From assembly GCA_965645245.1 (NCBI GenBank), contig OZ287082.1:558001-622000 (forward strand): DNA of 64,000 nucleotides. The letters run 5' to 3'. Within the stretch, counting starts at the first letter, position 1, and each line of letters begins with the position of its first letter. This document shows, piece after piece, positions 1 to 12,782 of this stretch. The position numbers and the translations under genes were made by a program. The notes under the pieces were generated by a model, which saw only the letters and a list, made by a program, of their open reading frames with translations, ran no database searches and had not been told where the DNA came from. Origin of the DNA: Massalongia carnosa. Its lineage: Eukaryota.

Positions 1-1194
1 ACTGTCAAAGTTATAGAGTATCAAAAGTTGCGGTACATGTGTTTCGATAGGTGTGCGGTGGTTCTTGCCATCTCTTCCTTTACTCTCCACTTTCTTGTCA
101 CCCCTACCCTCTCCACCCCCCTCCTCTACCTCATCCTCCACCACACCCTCCTCCTCCTCTTCCTCCTCCCCCACCTCATCCACTACACCCTTTTCCCTCC
201 TCCTCCTCCTCCTCCTCCACCTCATCCACCACACCCTCCTCTATCATACCCTCGTTCACCTCCTCGCTTGATGGAAGCCTACCCCTTCTTGTGCGCGTTG
301 CAATCCTCTTATTCCTATCGCGTTGCTCGGAAATGGAGTTTCTGGTATTGTAAGTTCGTTTCTTACTTTTCTGTAGAATAATTAGCTCAAGAAGACACGA
401 AAGTAAGTGACTCGATGCGTACATCTCGCGCTGAGACCTGCTCAACCTGCGATGACCCGATCTGCGTTAACTGGTCCTCGTCATTGTTATCGTCTTCTTC
501 ATCACTAATGTAGACCTTCTGAAAAACCTGTTTTAGGTCTTCATGTCGCCTTTGTATCTCATTAGTCAAATCCTCAAGACTCATGCTTTCTTCTTCTTCT
601 AAATCTACGTGTAAATTTGCATCTGCATTCTCCTTCTGATCGTAGAAACGAACCATCATCATCGCGGAGAATGTATCCGGATGAAAATTCTTGCGATGAT
701 CGTTAAGTGCTCCCGCAACGCTATAAACGCGCTCACATCCAACGCCAGCGGCTGGTACAGCAAGGATGTCCCTGGCAACCATACTCATTTGTGAAAATTC
801 CGGCTCGAGATCTTTCCACTGTTGTAGAATAGGACCCGAACGATCATGCATCGCTGTGTATTGTAAATAAGTTGAACACAATGAGAAAAGACCTGATTTA
901 TTATATCAGTTAACCTACCTCGCTGACGATAGCAGTTGAACTCGTCATCTAGAGCGAGCGGAGTAGCATTATTCGTACTTAGAAGAAGATCCAGATTATT
1001 CAAGTCCCGAATTACTGCGACATTACGCCCGCGTACTTGTGAGGGTTGAGAATTCTCGTTGATATCTAAATCCGCTTCCAGAGATTGCCAATATTGATCT
1101 TCCCATCGACTTTCCCCATAGGGCGCATCCCAATTGGGACCCTTGAAAATTAGGTCCTTCTTATTGGGACATAGCAATGCCGCCTTTCCATATA

Positions 1195-3008
1195 ACGTCT
1201 AAGCCACCCATTCGGGCTAGCAACCCAATCGGGCCACCCTTCGAAATCTAGTAGCTGAATATTAATCTTTTCCTTCCAATCTACCACCATTACTCCTTTA
1301 TCGATAAACTATATATAAAATGCCTAAAAACATACCCGTACATGACTCTGCTACTAGATTACAGTTGGCTATTGACGAAATACGCAAAAACCCGGGCATT
1401 TCGCAGCGGGAGATAGCGCGCATTTACGGAGTTCCCCGATCGACCTTACAAGCCCGTCTTCGAGGCAGACGGGACGCAAAAACCTCCCATGAGGCCACTC
1501 AAAGACTATCAGTAGAAGAAGAACAGGGCTTGCTCACGTGGATAGATCGTGACTGCATGGGGTTGGCCACCTAGTATACAACACCTTGAGGGCATGACCA
1601 AAAGTCTGCTGGAAGCAAAAGGAGACACAAAACCCCTAGGACATCATTGGTATAAAAATTTCATGAATAGACATCCCCAATACAGAACTAAATTTAAAAG
1701 AAACTTGGATCAATCCATAAAAGACGCAAGTCATCCCAAAATCCTGAAGGAATGGTTTAAACTGTACATGACCGCCCGAACAAAGTGTGGAGTCGCAGAT
1801 GAAGATATTTACAATATGGATGAAAAGGATTTTGCCATAGGCATTGCGGATAGTTCTGAAGTGATAATCAAGAGGGAAACAACCCCATTCAATGTGCATC
1901 CAGGGAATAGGGACTGGGCTTCTTTAATCGAATGCATATCCTCTCGCGGAACAGTTCTCCCTGCCTATATCATTTTCCAGGATAATCAGGTTCAAAAAGA
2001 TTGGTTAGAGGCCATTGCTGATCCTTTGACCACTCTGCAAGTCAGCCCTAATGGTTAGACGGATGCAGAGATAGGGTTTCTTTAGCTAGAATATGTCTTC
2101 CATCCGCAGATAAAACGCACACAGGGGATTTATAGAATGTTGATAGGGGATGGTCATGAAAGTCATATATCCATGAACTTTATTAAGTTCTGCGACCAGG
2201 AGAAAATCATAGCCCTTTGTTTGCCACCTCATTCTACTCATCTATTGCAGCCATTAGATGTGGGTGTTTTTGGCCCGCTATCTAAGGCTTATAAGACGCT
2301 TGTTTCTGCGCGATCTCGATACGGGGCCGTAAATATCTCGAAATTGGAGTTCCTACACCTTATTCAGGATGCTAGAAAGCAAGCTATGACGTTCATTAAT
2401 ATCCTGAATGCATGGCGCGGGGCAGGTCTTATTCCATACAATCCCGAGCATGTTTTAGGCAAATTGTCTAGATCTATCATTCCTTCACCTCGTGACATCG
2501 TCACCACTACCCCCACAACGAACAAACGAATTCAGGTAGCTAGCAATGCTTTGTTAACCCGTGTAACTTCATCTCTCCGCGCGCATGTTGAATTGCTTCA
2601 AACAACCGCATTGAATGCCGTGGCTTATAGAGTTATCCTACGGCATACCAATCAGGAACTAGTTGAAAAACAGGCTCAGCGACGCCAAAAGGCGTATAGG
2701 ATGGGGTGTGATAAAGCGAGGGTGCTAACTGTAGGTGAGGGGCTGGCTAAGATCGAAGAGAAACAGCAAAAAGAGGAGACATTAGCCAGAGAAAAGGAGG
2801 GATATCATGCTTTAAACAGTAAAGTAAAGTTCGGAAATGCCGTCCGGAAAGAAATGCGTATGGATAGTAAAATTTTTAGTTAATTTTGGGGATGGTAGAA
2901 GCATCGTGGTGATGTTGATTTACTTTTGGTAGAGGGGGATAGTTGGCCAGGATATTTTTGATAGGGTGGCCCGAGTGGGTGGCTGGCCCGAATAGGTGGC
3001 TAATACGT
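1195..3008 (+). mobile_element. pogo/Fot1-type Tc1-mariner transposon, family A copy 1
   Basis: ~45-bp TIRs (ACGTCTAAGCCACCCATTCGGG / CCCGAATAGGTGGCTAATACGT). TA TSD at 1193-1194 and 3009-3010; the empty site is visible in hAT copy 2. Confidence 0.95.
1320..2883 (+). pseudogene. Fot1/pogo DDE_1 transposase with frameshift and stops
   Basis: HTH_psq (ARIYGVPRSTL), CENP-B-like HTH, YNMDEK, DGHESH, LPPHSTHLLQPLDVGVF across ORFs 1320-1574, 1549-2058 and 2137-2883. Confidence 0.92.
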
Positions 3009-3746
3009 TAGATAACCTAATGACCCTGAGTTTTAGAATAGTATTGACGTAATTTCGTTGCAGCCGCCTCGATGCCATTCAATAGCGCACGTTTCCACGA
3101 TACTCGCTTACGAGATAATCTTGCGCGAGCTTGATCCAGATGATCGAACAGCTTATTGTAGACCTCGAACACCTGATGAATGGTCGGTTGCTTTGATTCA
3201 CAAATCATCTTTGTGAATACGCAGAATAGCTTCGTTAAATCGATAAGATATTCTATCTGTGACCATTCCATGTCGAGCAATCTCAAATACTCGGCTTCAT
3301 GTTTATCATGATATCTATTCAGCGCTTGTCGCAACTTGAGCGCTCGAATTAACATGTGACATGTGGAGTCCCATCGAGTATTTACATCTTGAAAAAGCTT
3401 AAGTACTGTACCGCTGACCGAGTTTCCAGTGCGTCTCTCTTCGTCATTCAATGCTCGTTGAACAGCGTAGAAGTTCTCCTTACGTAAATTGCTCCTGTTA
3501 ATGTAAACAGCTAATGCTCGAACCTAATAGAAATTTAGAACGACTACCACAACGACTACCACGAAATAAATCTTGCCTTAGCTAGCGTAAGGGGAACTCA
3601 AGGTGTCGGGTTTTCGAAATCCCGTCTATCTTGCTTATCATCACAGCTAGTTTTGAAATCGGCATTTTTGGGATTAATGTGAATACACCCAAGTAGCTGT
3701 TTCACGGTAAGTTGAATTACATGCGATAAACAAGGCACTCGCTGTA

Positions 3747-5613
3747 ATCGTCGGCCTGGCTTAGCTGCCTCCATACGAGGTGTACCACCTCTAGTCGGGG
3801 AAAGCGGTCTGCGTAGGCAAGCGATCTGCGTAGTTTCAATCTCAGGATTCACCCATTTTACCACCTATTTTGCAGCTTTTTGCAACACTTTTCGACCGCA
3901 ACCTACGACCGTTAGCTGATATTATTCATACCATAGATAGATATCAACTGCAAATCCTAACTACTTATTGATTAACCGGGATATTCACCTTTATTCAATC
4001 CCGACCGCATCAGTTGCATGCCTCCTATTTCGTCAATCACTCTCTTCCTATTTCATCAACCGCTCCCCACCTCAATCATGAATAGCAGCAGCATCATGAA
4101 TAAGAACCTTATTAAAACCTATGATTCTATTGCAACGCGCGTGCAAAATGCTGAGCAGTTTTATTAGAAAACCCCAAGGAGAGCATCGTTTGCGCTGCTC
4201 GAATCTTCAACCTCGTCGACATCACTCTATACAGTTCAATTGAACGTGAAAAGATGCCGTCGAAAAAAATTGAAGTGTAGAACAAAATACTGGAGGAGCA
4301 TCAGGTCAGAGCCATTCACGAATTCATTCGATCTCTGAATGCGTATGGCATTCAACCTACTCATAAAGTGGCTTTTGCTGCCATTAAGACTCTGAAACGT
4401 GCTCAAGATGCCGAATTCAATGATCCAAGTCCGCGGTGGTTTAGGCAACGGTGGAAAGACAATGGCCTGCACAAGATAAAGACTAAGCCGCTGGCAGTTG
4501 TTCGATATACTGCGGCTCAGGAGTCAGACGTAAAATTATAGTTTGATCGATATCAGCGGGTTCTTGCAGAGTTGGGGATAACTCATTCACAAGATATCTG
4601 GAACTTTGATAAAGCAGGATATCGAGTTGGGTGTATGAAGGGTCATGAAATTCTAGTTCTATCAGATATTAAGGAGTTCTATTCAATCAGTCCAGAAAAT
4701 CGCAAATCTCTTATCATAATCGAAAGCATCAACGCCGCCGGTCATCAACCACCTTCTCCCGTTTTAATTATGCAAGGTCGTAGAATAATGCAGAACTGCT
4801 TCTAAGAGGGGCTGCCCACGGGGACTCTGACTGAAGTATTAAAAAGTGGGTTCATCACCGATAAAATAGCAATTGAATTTTTGAAGCATTTCATTGCGAA
4901 TACATACTCGGGGCCTACAAAGCAGTAGAAATTGATGCTCATGGATAATCATGGGACTTAGTTATTGCACCCCTGAGTTTATAAAGCTTGCCAATGAAAA
5001 TCACATTCGCCCTCTCCCCCTGATACCACATCTGACTCATTGTATGCAACCCCTTGATGTGGGCGTATTTCAACCCTATAAGCATTGGCATGATAAGGTT
5101 ATCCAAGATATCCTTGCAAAGATCAACAATAAGAATAATGAGAATAATTAGGGTGATGAGGGTGATGAGGATGTGCAGTTTAACTTTTATCAAGGGGGCT
5201 ATCGTCAGACTAGGAGTAAATATTAGAACGCACAGTTGATATATATCTACTTATTAATAATATTTGCAAATGAGGTTGAAAATAAAGCAAATGGAGGTTG
5301 CAAATCATGATGAGACGGCGTCGCAAATGAGTTGTAAATAGGTGATAAAACTGGTGAAATTGGAAAAATATAATGCATTCCCGGTTGATAAATGAGCAGT
5401 TAGGATGTGCAGTTGATATCTATCTATGGTATGATTAATAACAGCTAACGGTCGTAGGTTGCGGTCGAGAAGTGTTGCAAAAAGCTGCAAAATAGGTGGT
5501 AAAATGGGTAAATCCTAAGATTGAAACTACGCAGATCGCTTGCCTACGCAGACCGCTTTCCCCGACTAGAGGTGGTACACCTCGTATGGAGGCAGCTAAG
5601 CGAGGCCGACGAT
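3747..5613 (+). mobile_element. pogo-like Tc1-mariner element, family B, long TIRs, degenerate and internally deleted
   Basis: Ends ATCGTCGGCC/GGCCGACGAT with TIRs extending ~230 bp. TA TSD at 3745-3746 and 5614-5615. Transposase fragments IWNFDKAGYRVG and LIPHLTHCMQPLDVGVFQPYK. Confidence 0.92.
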
Positions 5614-6932
5614 TATCTCATTAGCATCAGTTTGTAGAAGTACCAAGGCTCGATTGCTTCGTATCATTCGTCGCAACTCATCTACCATCGTTGTGTTATT
5701 AGATGCACTGTCCGTGGTTAATGCCAAAACACGATCTTCAATAGAATATCTATTTAAAACGCTGTTCAATACTTCAGCAAGTTTTATTCCCGTGTGTGAG
5801 CCTCCAACGTGTTTGAAGGCAAGAAGCACTTCGTGATAATTTCATTTATCGTCAATGAAGTAAGCATTGATAGCCAGATAACCTTGACGATTATTTGACG
5901 ACCAACAATCGAAAGCCAGAGAGACCTTTGAACTACCCCTTGGTAGCCTCTCGAGCAAAAGCGGAATAATCTCTTGACTTCGGGTTATCAAGCGATTCAT
6001 GTTTGTCGATAGTGAAGGAAACTGTACATTATCGAGCAGACAGTTGAACGCTCTTTGCAATTCGACATCGGCGACACTTCGTAACGGTAGCCCAAGAGCA
6101 ACAATCATACGAAGCAATTGAGGCGTGAAATTATCCTTTTTTAGTCTACGCCCGTTGAGAGTTAAGGCCTCTTGTCTATTTGCTTCAATCTAATATTGAT
6201 TAGCAAAGCAAGTAATCTGGTAGTCATTGTGGTAGTCATACTTCGGCACGATATCTAACCTTTAAGGAAAGTTGCTTAATTCCTTTCAATGTCGACCTCT
6301 TTTTACAGGACTCGGAATTTAAGTGATTAGTCATGCAGTTATTTCCGGAGCCCAGTGAGGGATGAGCCAAGACCAGGGAGCATCGCGAGCAGATTATTTT
6401 GGGATTACCATCGCCCACAGTGGCGCCTTCCTGAAACTCTTTCCATTCCGCCACCTTTCTTTTGGTCGATCCCCAATCGATCTTCTTCATCGCCTTTCTA
6501 CTCTTCTCTTCACTAGCACAATGCCATCTCGTACTTCGCCACCATTCCAAAAACTCCTCGCTCTTCTCGGCCACATATGCGTAGCATCTGGTAGGTTTGC
6601 CCACAACTTGAAGATCGTATATCTCTGAATCTATCATCTGCGAGCTGCTTATTGTTGCTAATGACGAGGACTGTATATATAGGAATGTATATATCGGATG
6701 TAGCAGTAGGAATATAGCTGTAGGAATGTAACTTTATTGATTAGATTATGCTGCGATAAATCATTAATTACTACGTTTACGTTCTAAAAACTCAGTCAAA
6801 TCAAACGCATGCATACATATTCAACCTAAACTAGCCAGCCCAACCTAGTCATACTGAATCTAACCATACCCAAACTAACCTAGTTGCCACGCGCGACCAC
6901 TGATAACCTGTCTGCTTGCCTGTTTGCTTTTA

Positions 6933-8795
6933 CGAGGTGCTTAGGGATAGTCCCCCCTGACCGTCCCCCCCCCCCTGTAGTAAATCTTTGCTAGTAAACA
7001 GCCATTTCACTTCTTATCCAGGTTGCGTACAAGCTAGTAATGCAACTGCCAACAGCACATTAAACTCTTTTCGGTTTAAATCGTATGACGTGTTATTGCT
7101 ACTAATAATTACCCTACTCGGTCTGATAAAGCATACCCTCACCCTCACCCTCACTTACCATTTGCCCTTGCCTATAAGACAATCGGTGCAGAAAATATAT
7201 GATGAGGTGCGGAAAAAACAGTTAGATCAGGAGACTTTGTGCATTCAACAGTGAATACGCAATCCTAGATTGATCAATAAAAATGCTTTTACGCTACTCA
7301 TTGGGAAAATTACGCATCGTGCCATTGGCCTCGTTTCAAGAGAACTCGATGCCGCCAAACCATTAGCTGAAAGAATCATTTCTATTGTCCCTGATGGTTG
7401 AAGCTGTGTTTATGATTGTGGATTGCCTTTAAGGTACGATCTCCCATGTAAATGCTGGTTGTATAACTGCATCATCGACTCAGTCCCTATTTCCATTTCC
7501 CTCCTCCACCCCCGCTGGTTTTTTGATGGCCCACCTTATGTGGTCTCTTGGCGAATGACCTTCGATTTCGCTCGCGGCTCGGAGCCCGAGGTCGAAAAGA
7601 TCGTCGATGAGGTCGAAGGAACGGGAGAGATTGAGGCGGATAAGGATGAGGTCGAGCTCGAAGAAAGCATGTTGAGTGAGGATAGATTTCGCCGCGGGGG
7701 CCTTGATTTGCTACGTTCTGTGGCATATCAATCTATTGACATGCATCAATCAATAGAAGGTTCTCATCGAAGGGAGGAGTACGCTCGCGAGCATGCTCAC
7801 ATCGTTGAAAAATTCAATAATAAATGGCAAATGAAGGAGCTGGTAAGACCTCTCATCCCCACCACATTCCCTAACGAAATCCGGCCTAATGAAAACCTCA
7901 TGTATAAGAAAGGAAGGAGTCGTCGACGTGTTTACACTAGTCGCGCGGCAGCTGAGGCTAGAGAAACTGAACAGCGACGTACTAGGCGAAGGGACTCTAT
8001 TGAACAAAGGAGGAAGCTTAGATATAATAGATTGCGTGCTGGGGGCGACGATGAGGTTGAAGGTGAAACAGAAGGTGAAACGGATTGTAAAATTTACGAT
8101 ATTGCAAAGTTATTGCGCTCGGGTCGGCTAATATTGGGTACAATAGGTTTAGGAGAAAAATTAGTTATGGAGAGAATTGAAAACGCGTCTATCGTCTCCG
8201 ACGACGATGACGAGGTGCAGTATATAAGCACTCAGCCCATTCTCGGTCGCTCTATGGATCCTATGCTTCCTTCGGATGACGAAAATGATATTATTCATAC
8301 ATCAGAAGCATTGTCGGATTCGCTCGAAGATATTGACGATGTGCTTGCCAAGCATAATCAAAAAGCCCTACCTCAGGCAGCGCCGGCTCTATCTCTTTAT
8401 AGTCTTATCCAAAACGTGCGCGCCAGTCAAATTCTCCCTACTTCCTCTGCAACAACGCGAAGGTCTCGTGGTGTGGCGAAGAAATCAAAGGCTCAGTTGG
8501 ATTTGGAATCTCAGCAAAGAGTCGAGAATCAGTCAATCAGGCTAGGGCTCAAGTGAGAAAGATAACCAAAACCATGAAGCCTAGAAAAGATTATGTATCG
8601 CAATTAGCTGACGAGTTTTTGGAGTTGAAGTCATCGCAATAGGTAGATTTGTAGGTGTTGAATACACTTAGTCAGTAATAGCAACATTATTAATACGTAG
8701 TGTAACTGCTAGCTTATACGTACCCTGGATGAGTAGTAAAATGGCTGCTTACTAGTAAAGATTTACACAGGGGAGGACTGTCCGTAAGCATCTCG
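6933..8795 (+). mobile_element. Mutator-like element (MULE), internally deleted
   Basis: 9-bp TSD TTGCTTTTA (6924-6932, 8796-8804). ~100-bp imperfect TIRs starting CGAGRTGCTTA. Confidence 0.88.
7423..8556 (+). pseudogene. MULE transposase C-terminal remnant (SWIM-like zinc finger plus low-complexity tail; DDE core absent)
   Basis: DCGLPLRYDLPCKCWLY resembles the SWIM finger region of fungal MULE transposases; lies within the TIRs. Confidence 0.7.
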
Positions 8796-11700
8796 TTGCT
8801 TTTAGATATGGCACCGAAGACTCCGTGCAAGCGTACGCGCAAACCTGCGCGAATTCCACACTTAACACTCGACAGAATACCCGGACCAGGTGCCAGAACT
8901 GGTGCGTTAAGAAAACTAACCACCAGGAAGAGTAGGCTTAGTGGTAAGTAGATGGTATAGTTGAGAATACATAAGATACTAACGCCGATCGCCACGTTGA
9001 TAAGTCAAGGTTATTGATTACCATTACTAAGCATGTGATTTGGGTAACCCAATGAAATCCCAACCCGAACCCAACCCATCCCATTCCGCGGCGTAGTTAT
9101 GATAATGATGATTATTGATTCTTGTACCGATCTGACACCGGTCGAAGGCCGGCCCATGCGGGCTATCTACTTATTCTTACAGGGAAACCTTTTTAAAGGG
9201 ATAAAAACCATGCAGACTGCGCCATTATCCCAAACGTGTTCCGTTTCTGGACTGCATTCTTCGCTCGATGTTCTGTGAAATCCTTGACAAAATGAGAGTT
9301 ATCACTCGTATAACAGTTGCGATGCTAGTGAAAATTGGGTCAGCAAATTTGCTTTTATTATCCATGTGGTTAGTTTTTCAACTTTTTCGACGAGCTTATG
9401 ATCGTTCGATAGTCGTTGGTGCCTATTTGTTTTAGCACTTCGTATCTGCCGTCGATTATGCAATGTAGAATAATATGTTTTGCTGTCTGCTTCTGCCATC
9501 CGCACGAGCAGGCCCGGGTCATAACGCCCGGTACCCGACGATTGAACAGGAAGTTTGCCAAGCCTATGTTTTCGGTGCGGATTTGCATTGTAAGCGCGCT
9601 TTCCGCTTTTATCAGGTTGTTGTGAATCTTCAGTCTCATCCTACTGAGAGATCCCAACTGTGCCACTGTCGGGCGGGGAATGCGGTTCTGGTACGTCTTC
9701 CATTTGGAGTCCCAGCGTTCCTTGATGTGTTCTGTGGTGGCCTTTATGTGTTTCTCTATGTTATGGCGTGTCGTGGTGCATTTTTCGAGGTGCACCGGGT
9801 CGGGTGTGGACCAGGGCGGGGGCGATGGGGGCATTGTGACTGGTGCCTCGTTATTCAACATTTTGCTGGCCTATACGTATTTCAACTCTCCTTGGGTGAG
9901 GTGTTGCGTTCTTTTGCTTCCTGCCTTACCCCGTAGCTTGTTCGCTATTGTGTTGCAGGCTTTGGAAGTCAGTTTCGCCTACGCCGCGGAATGGGTTGGG
10001 TTGGGTTGGGTTCTCACGTAAAGAACCCAACCCAATGATGGGTTGGGTTCGGGTTGGGTTATTGTTGGGTTGGGTTGGGTTCGGGTTGGGTTTTCATTGA
10101 GTTACCCAAATCACATGCTTAGTAATGGTAATCAATAACCTTGACTTATCAACGTGGCGATCGGCGTTAGTATCTTATGTATTCTCAACTATACCATCTA
10201 CTTACCTCCAGGCATACTCTTCCTGGTGGTTGGTTTTCTTATCGCACCAGTTCTGGCACCTGGTCCGGGTATTCTGTCGAGTGTTCAGTTTGGAATTCGC
10301 GCAGGTTTGCGCGTACGCTTGCGCGGAGTCTTCGGTGCCATATCTAAAAGCAAACAGGCAAGCGGACAGGTTATCAGTGGTCGCGCGTGGCAACTAGGTT
10401 AGTTTGGGTATGGTTAGGTTCAGTATGACTAGGTTGGGCTGGCTAGTTTAGGTGGAATATGTATGCATGCGTTTGATTTGACTGAGTTTTTAGAACGTAA
10501 ACGTAGTTATTAATGCTTTATCGTAGCATAATCTAGTCAATAAAGTTACATTCCTACAGCTACATTCCTACTGCTACATCCGATATATACATTCCTATAT
10601 ATACAATCCTCGTCATTAGCAACAATAAGCAGCTCGCAGATGATAGATTCAGAGATATACGATCTTCAAGTTGTGGGCAAACCCACCAGATGCTACGCAT
10701 ATGTGGCCGAGAAGAGCGAGGAGTTTTTGGAATGGTGGCGAAGTACGAGATGGCAATGTGCTAATGAAGAGAAGAGTAGAAAGGCGATGAAGAAGATCGA
10801 TTGGGGATCGACCAAAAGAAAGGTGGCGGAATGGAAAGAGTTTCAGGAAGGCGCTACTGTGGGCGATGGTAATCCCAAAATAATCTGCTCGCGATGCTCC
10901 CTGGTCTTGGCTCATCCCTCACTGGGCTCCTGAAATAACTGCATGACTAATCACTTAAATTCCGAGTCCTGTAAAAAGACGTCGACATTGAAAGGAATTA
11001 AGCAACTTTCCTTAAAGGTTAGATATCGTGCCGAAGTATGACTACCACAATGACTACCAGATTACGTGCTTTGCTAATCAAGATTAGATTGAAGCAAATA
11101 GACAAGAGGCCTTAACTCTCAACGGGCGTAGACTAAAAAAGGATGATTTCACGCCTCAATTGCTTCGTATGATTGTTGCTCTTGGACTACCGTTACGAAG
11201 TGTCGCCGATGTCGAATTGCAAAGAGCGTTCAACTGTCTGCTCGATAATGAACAGTTTCCTACACCATCGACAATCAAGAATCGCTTGATGACCCGAAGT
11301 CAAGAGATTATTCCGCTTTTGCTCGAGAGGCTACCGAGGGGTAGTTCAAAGCTCTCTCTGGCTTTGGATTGTTGGTCGTCATTTAATCGTCAAGGTTTTC
11401 TGGCCATCAATGCTTACTTCATTGACAATAAATGGAATTATCACGAAGTGCTTCTTGCCTTCGAACACGTTGAAGACTCACACACGGGAATAAAAGTTGC
11501 TGAAGTATTGAACAGCGTTTTAATTAGAAATTCTATTGAAGATCGTGTTTTGGCATTAACCACGGACAGTAGATCAAATAACACAACGTTGGTAGATGAG
11601 TTGCGACGAATGATACGAAGCAATCGAGCCTTGGCACTTCTACACACTAATGCTAATGAGATACAGCGAGTGCCTTATTTATCGTATGTAATTCAACTTG

Positions 11701-12782
11701 CCGTGAAACAGCTACTTGGGTGTATTTATATTAATCCCAAAAATGCCGATTTCAAAACTAGCTGGGATGATAAGCAAGATAGACGGGATTTCAAAAACCC
11801 GACACCTGGAGTTCCCCTTGCGCTAGCTAAGGCAAGATTTATTTTGTGGTAGTCGATGTGGTAGTCGTTCTAAATTTCGATTAGGATCGAGCATTAGCTG
11901 TTTACATTTACAGTAGTAATTTACGTAAGGAGAACTTCTACGCTGTTCAGCGAGCATTGAATGACGAAGAGAGACGCACTGGAAACTCGGTCAGCGGTAC
12001 AGTACTTAAGCTTTTTCAAGATTTAAATACTCGATGGGACTCCACATGTCACATATTAATTCGAGCGCTCAAGTTGCGACAAGCGCTGAATAGATATCAT
12101 GATAAACATGAAGGCGAGTATTTGAGATTACTCGACGTGGAATAGTTACAGATAGAATATCTTATTGATTTAACGAAGCTATTCTGCGTCTTCACAAAGA
12201 TGATTTGTCAATCAAAGCAACCGACCATTCATCAGGTGTTCGAGATCTACAATAAGCTGTTCGATTATCTGGATCAAGCTCGCGTAAGATTATCTCGTAA
12301 GCGAGTATCGTGGAAACGTGCGCTATTGAATGGCATCGAGGCGGCTGCAACGAAATTACGTCAATACTATTCTAAAACTCAGGGGTCATTAGGTTATCTA
12401 TATGGAAAGGCGGCATTGCTATCTCCCAAAAAGAAGGACCTAATTTTCAGGGGTCCCAATTGGGATTCGCCCTATGGGGAAAGTCGATTGGAAGATCAAT
12501 ATTGGCAATCTCTGGAAGCGGAATTCGATATTATCAAGCTGTATGGGCTAATGTGGAATATGGGTGAAAAGGAGTGGTGTGTATTGATCTATGGGAGGTC
12601 TAGGCTAGCTAACTAAGGGATATCTCATAGGGGTTCCTGGTTCATGTGACCCATGGCGGGTCATGTGACCCATAATCGCCTGACACACCCCCCCAGCTTT
12701 GACCAAAGCAGCCATGACCAAAAAACCTATATTAGGTGAAAATTTCCATGTTTTACCTTGATTTCTAGTGATTTTAGCCGAT

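Larger units (their letters stand above)
176..6637 (-). pseudogene. hAT transposase, intron-containing, disrupted by insertions and stops
   Basis: BED-like CxxC..H (IICSRC..MTNHL), AFDCWSS, LTTDSASNN, CLSHVIQL, NTRWDST, hATC dimerisation motif (MVARDILAVPAAGVGCERVYS), acidic last exon. Confidence 0.9.
1..9095 (-). mobile_element. hAT DNA transposon, copy 1 (3' end lies left of the window); hosts three nested DNA transposons
   Basis: Terminus ATTCCGCGGCGTA at 9083-9095 matches the TIR of copy 2. Removing inserts at 1195-3008, 3747-5613 and 6933-8795 leaves sequence colinear, in reverse complement, with 9980-19330. Confidence 0.93.

Noticed and set aside
28..381. Pro/Ser/His-rich plus-strand ORFs (also minus-strand ORFs at 19030-19448)
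   Set aside because: Antisense shadows of the Glu-rich last exon of the hAT transposase.
9990..10092. (GGGTT)n as telomeric repeat
   Set aside because: Not TTAGGG, and it occurs symmetrically just inside the hAT TIRs (also 9060-9082 and 19606-19690), so it is a subterminal repeat.
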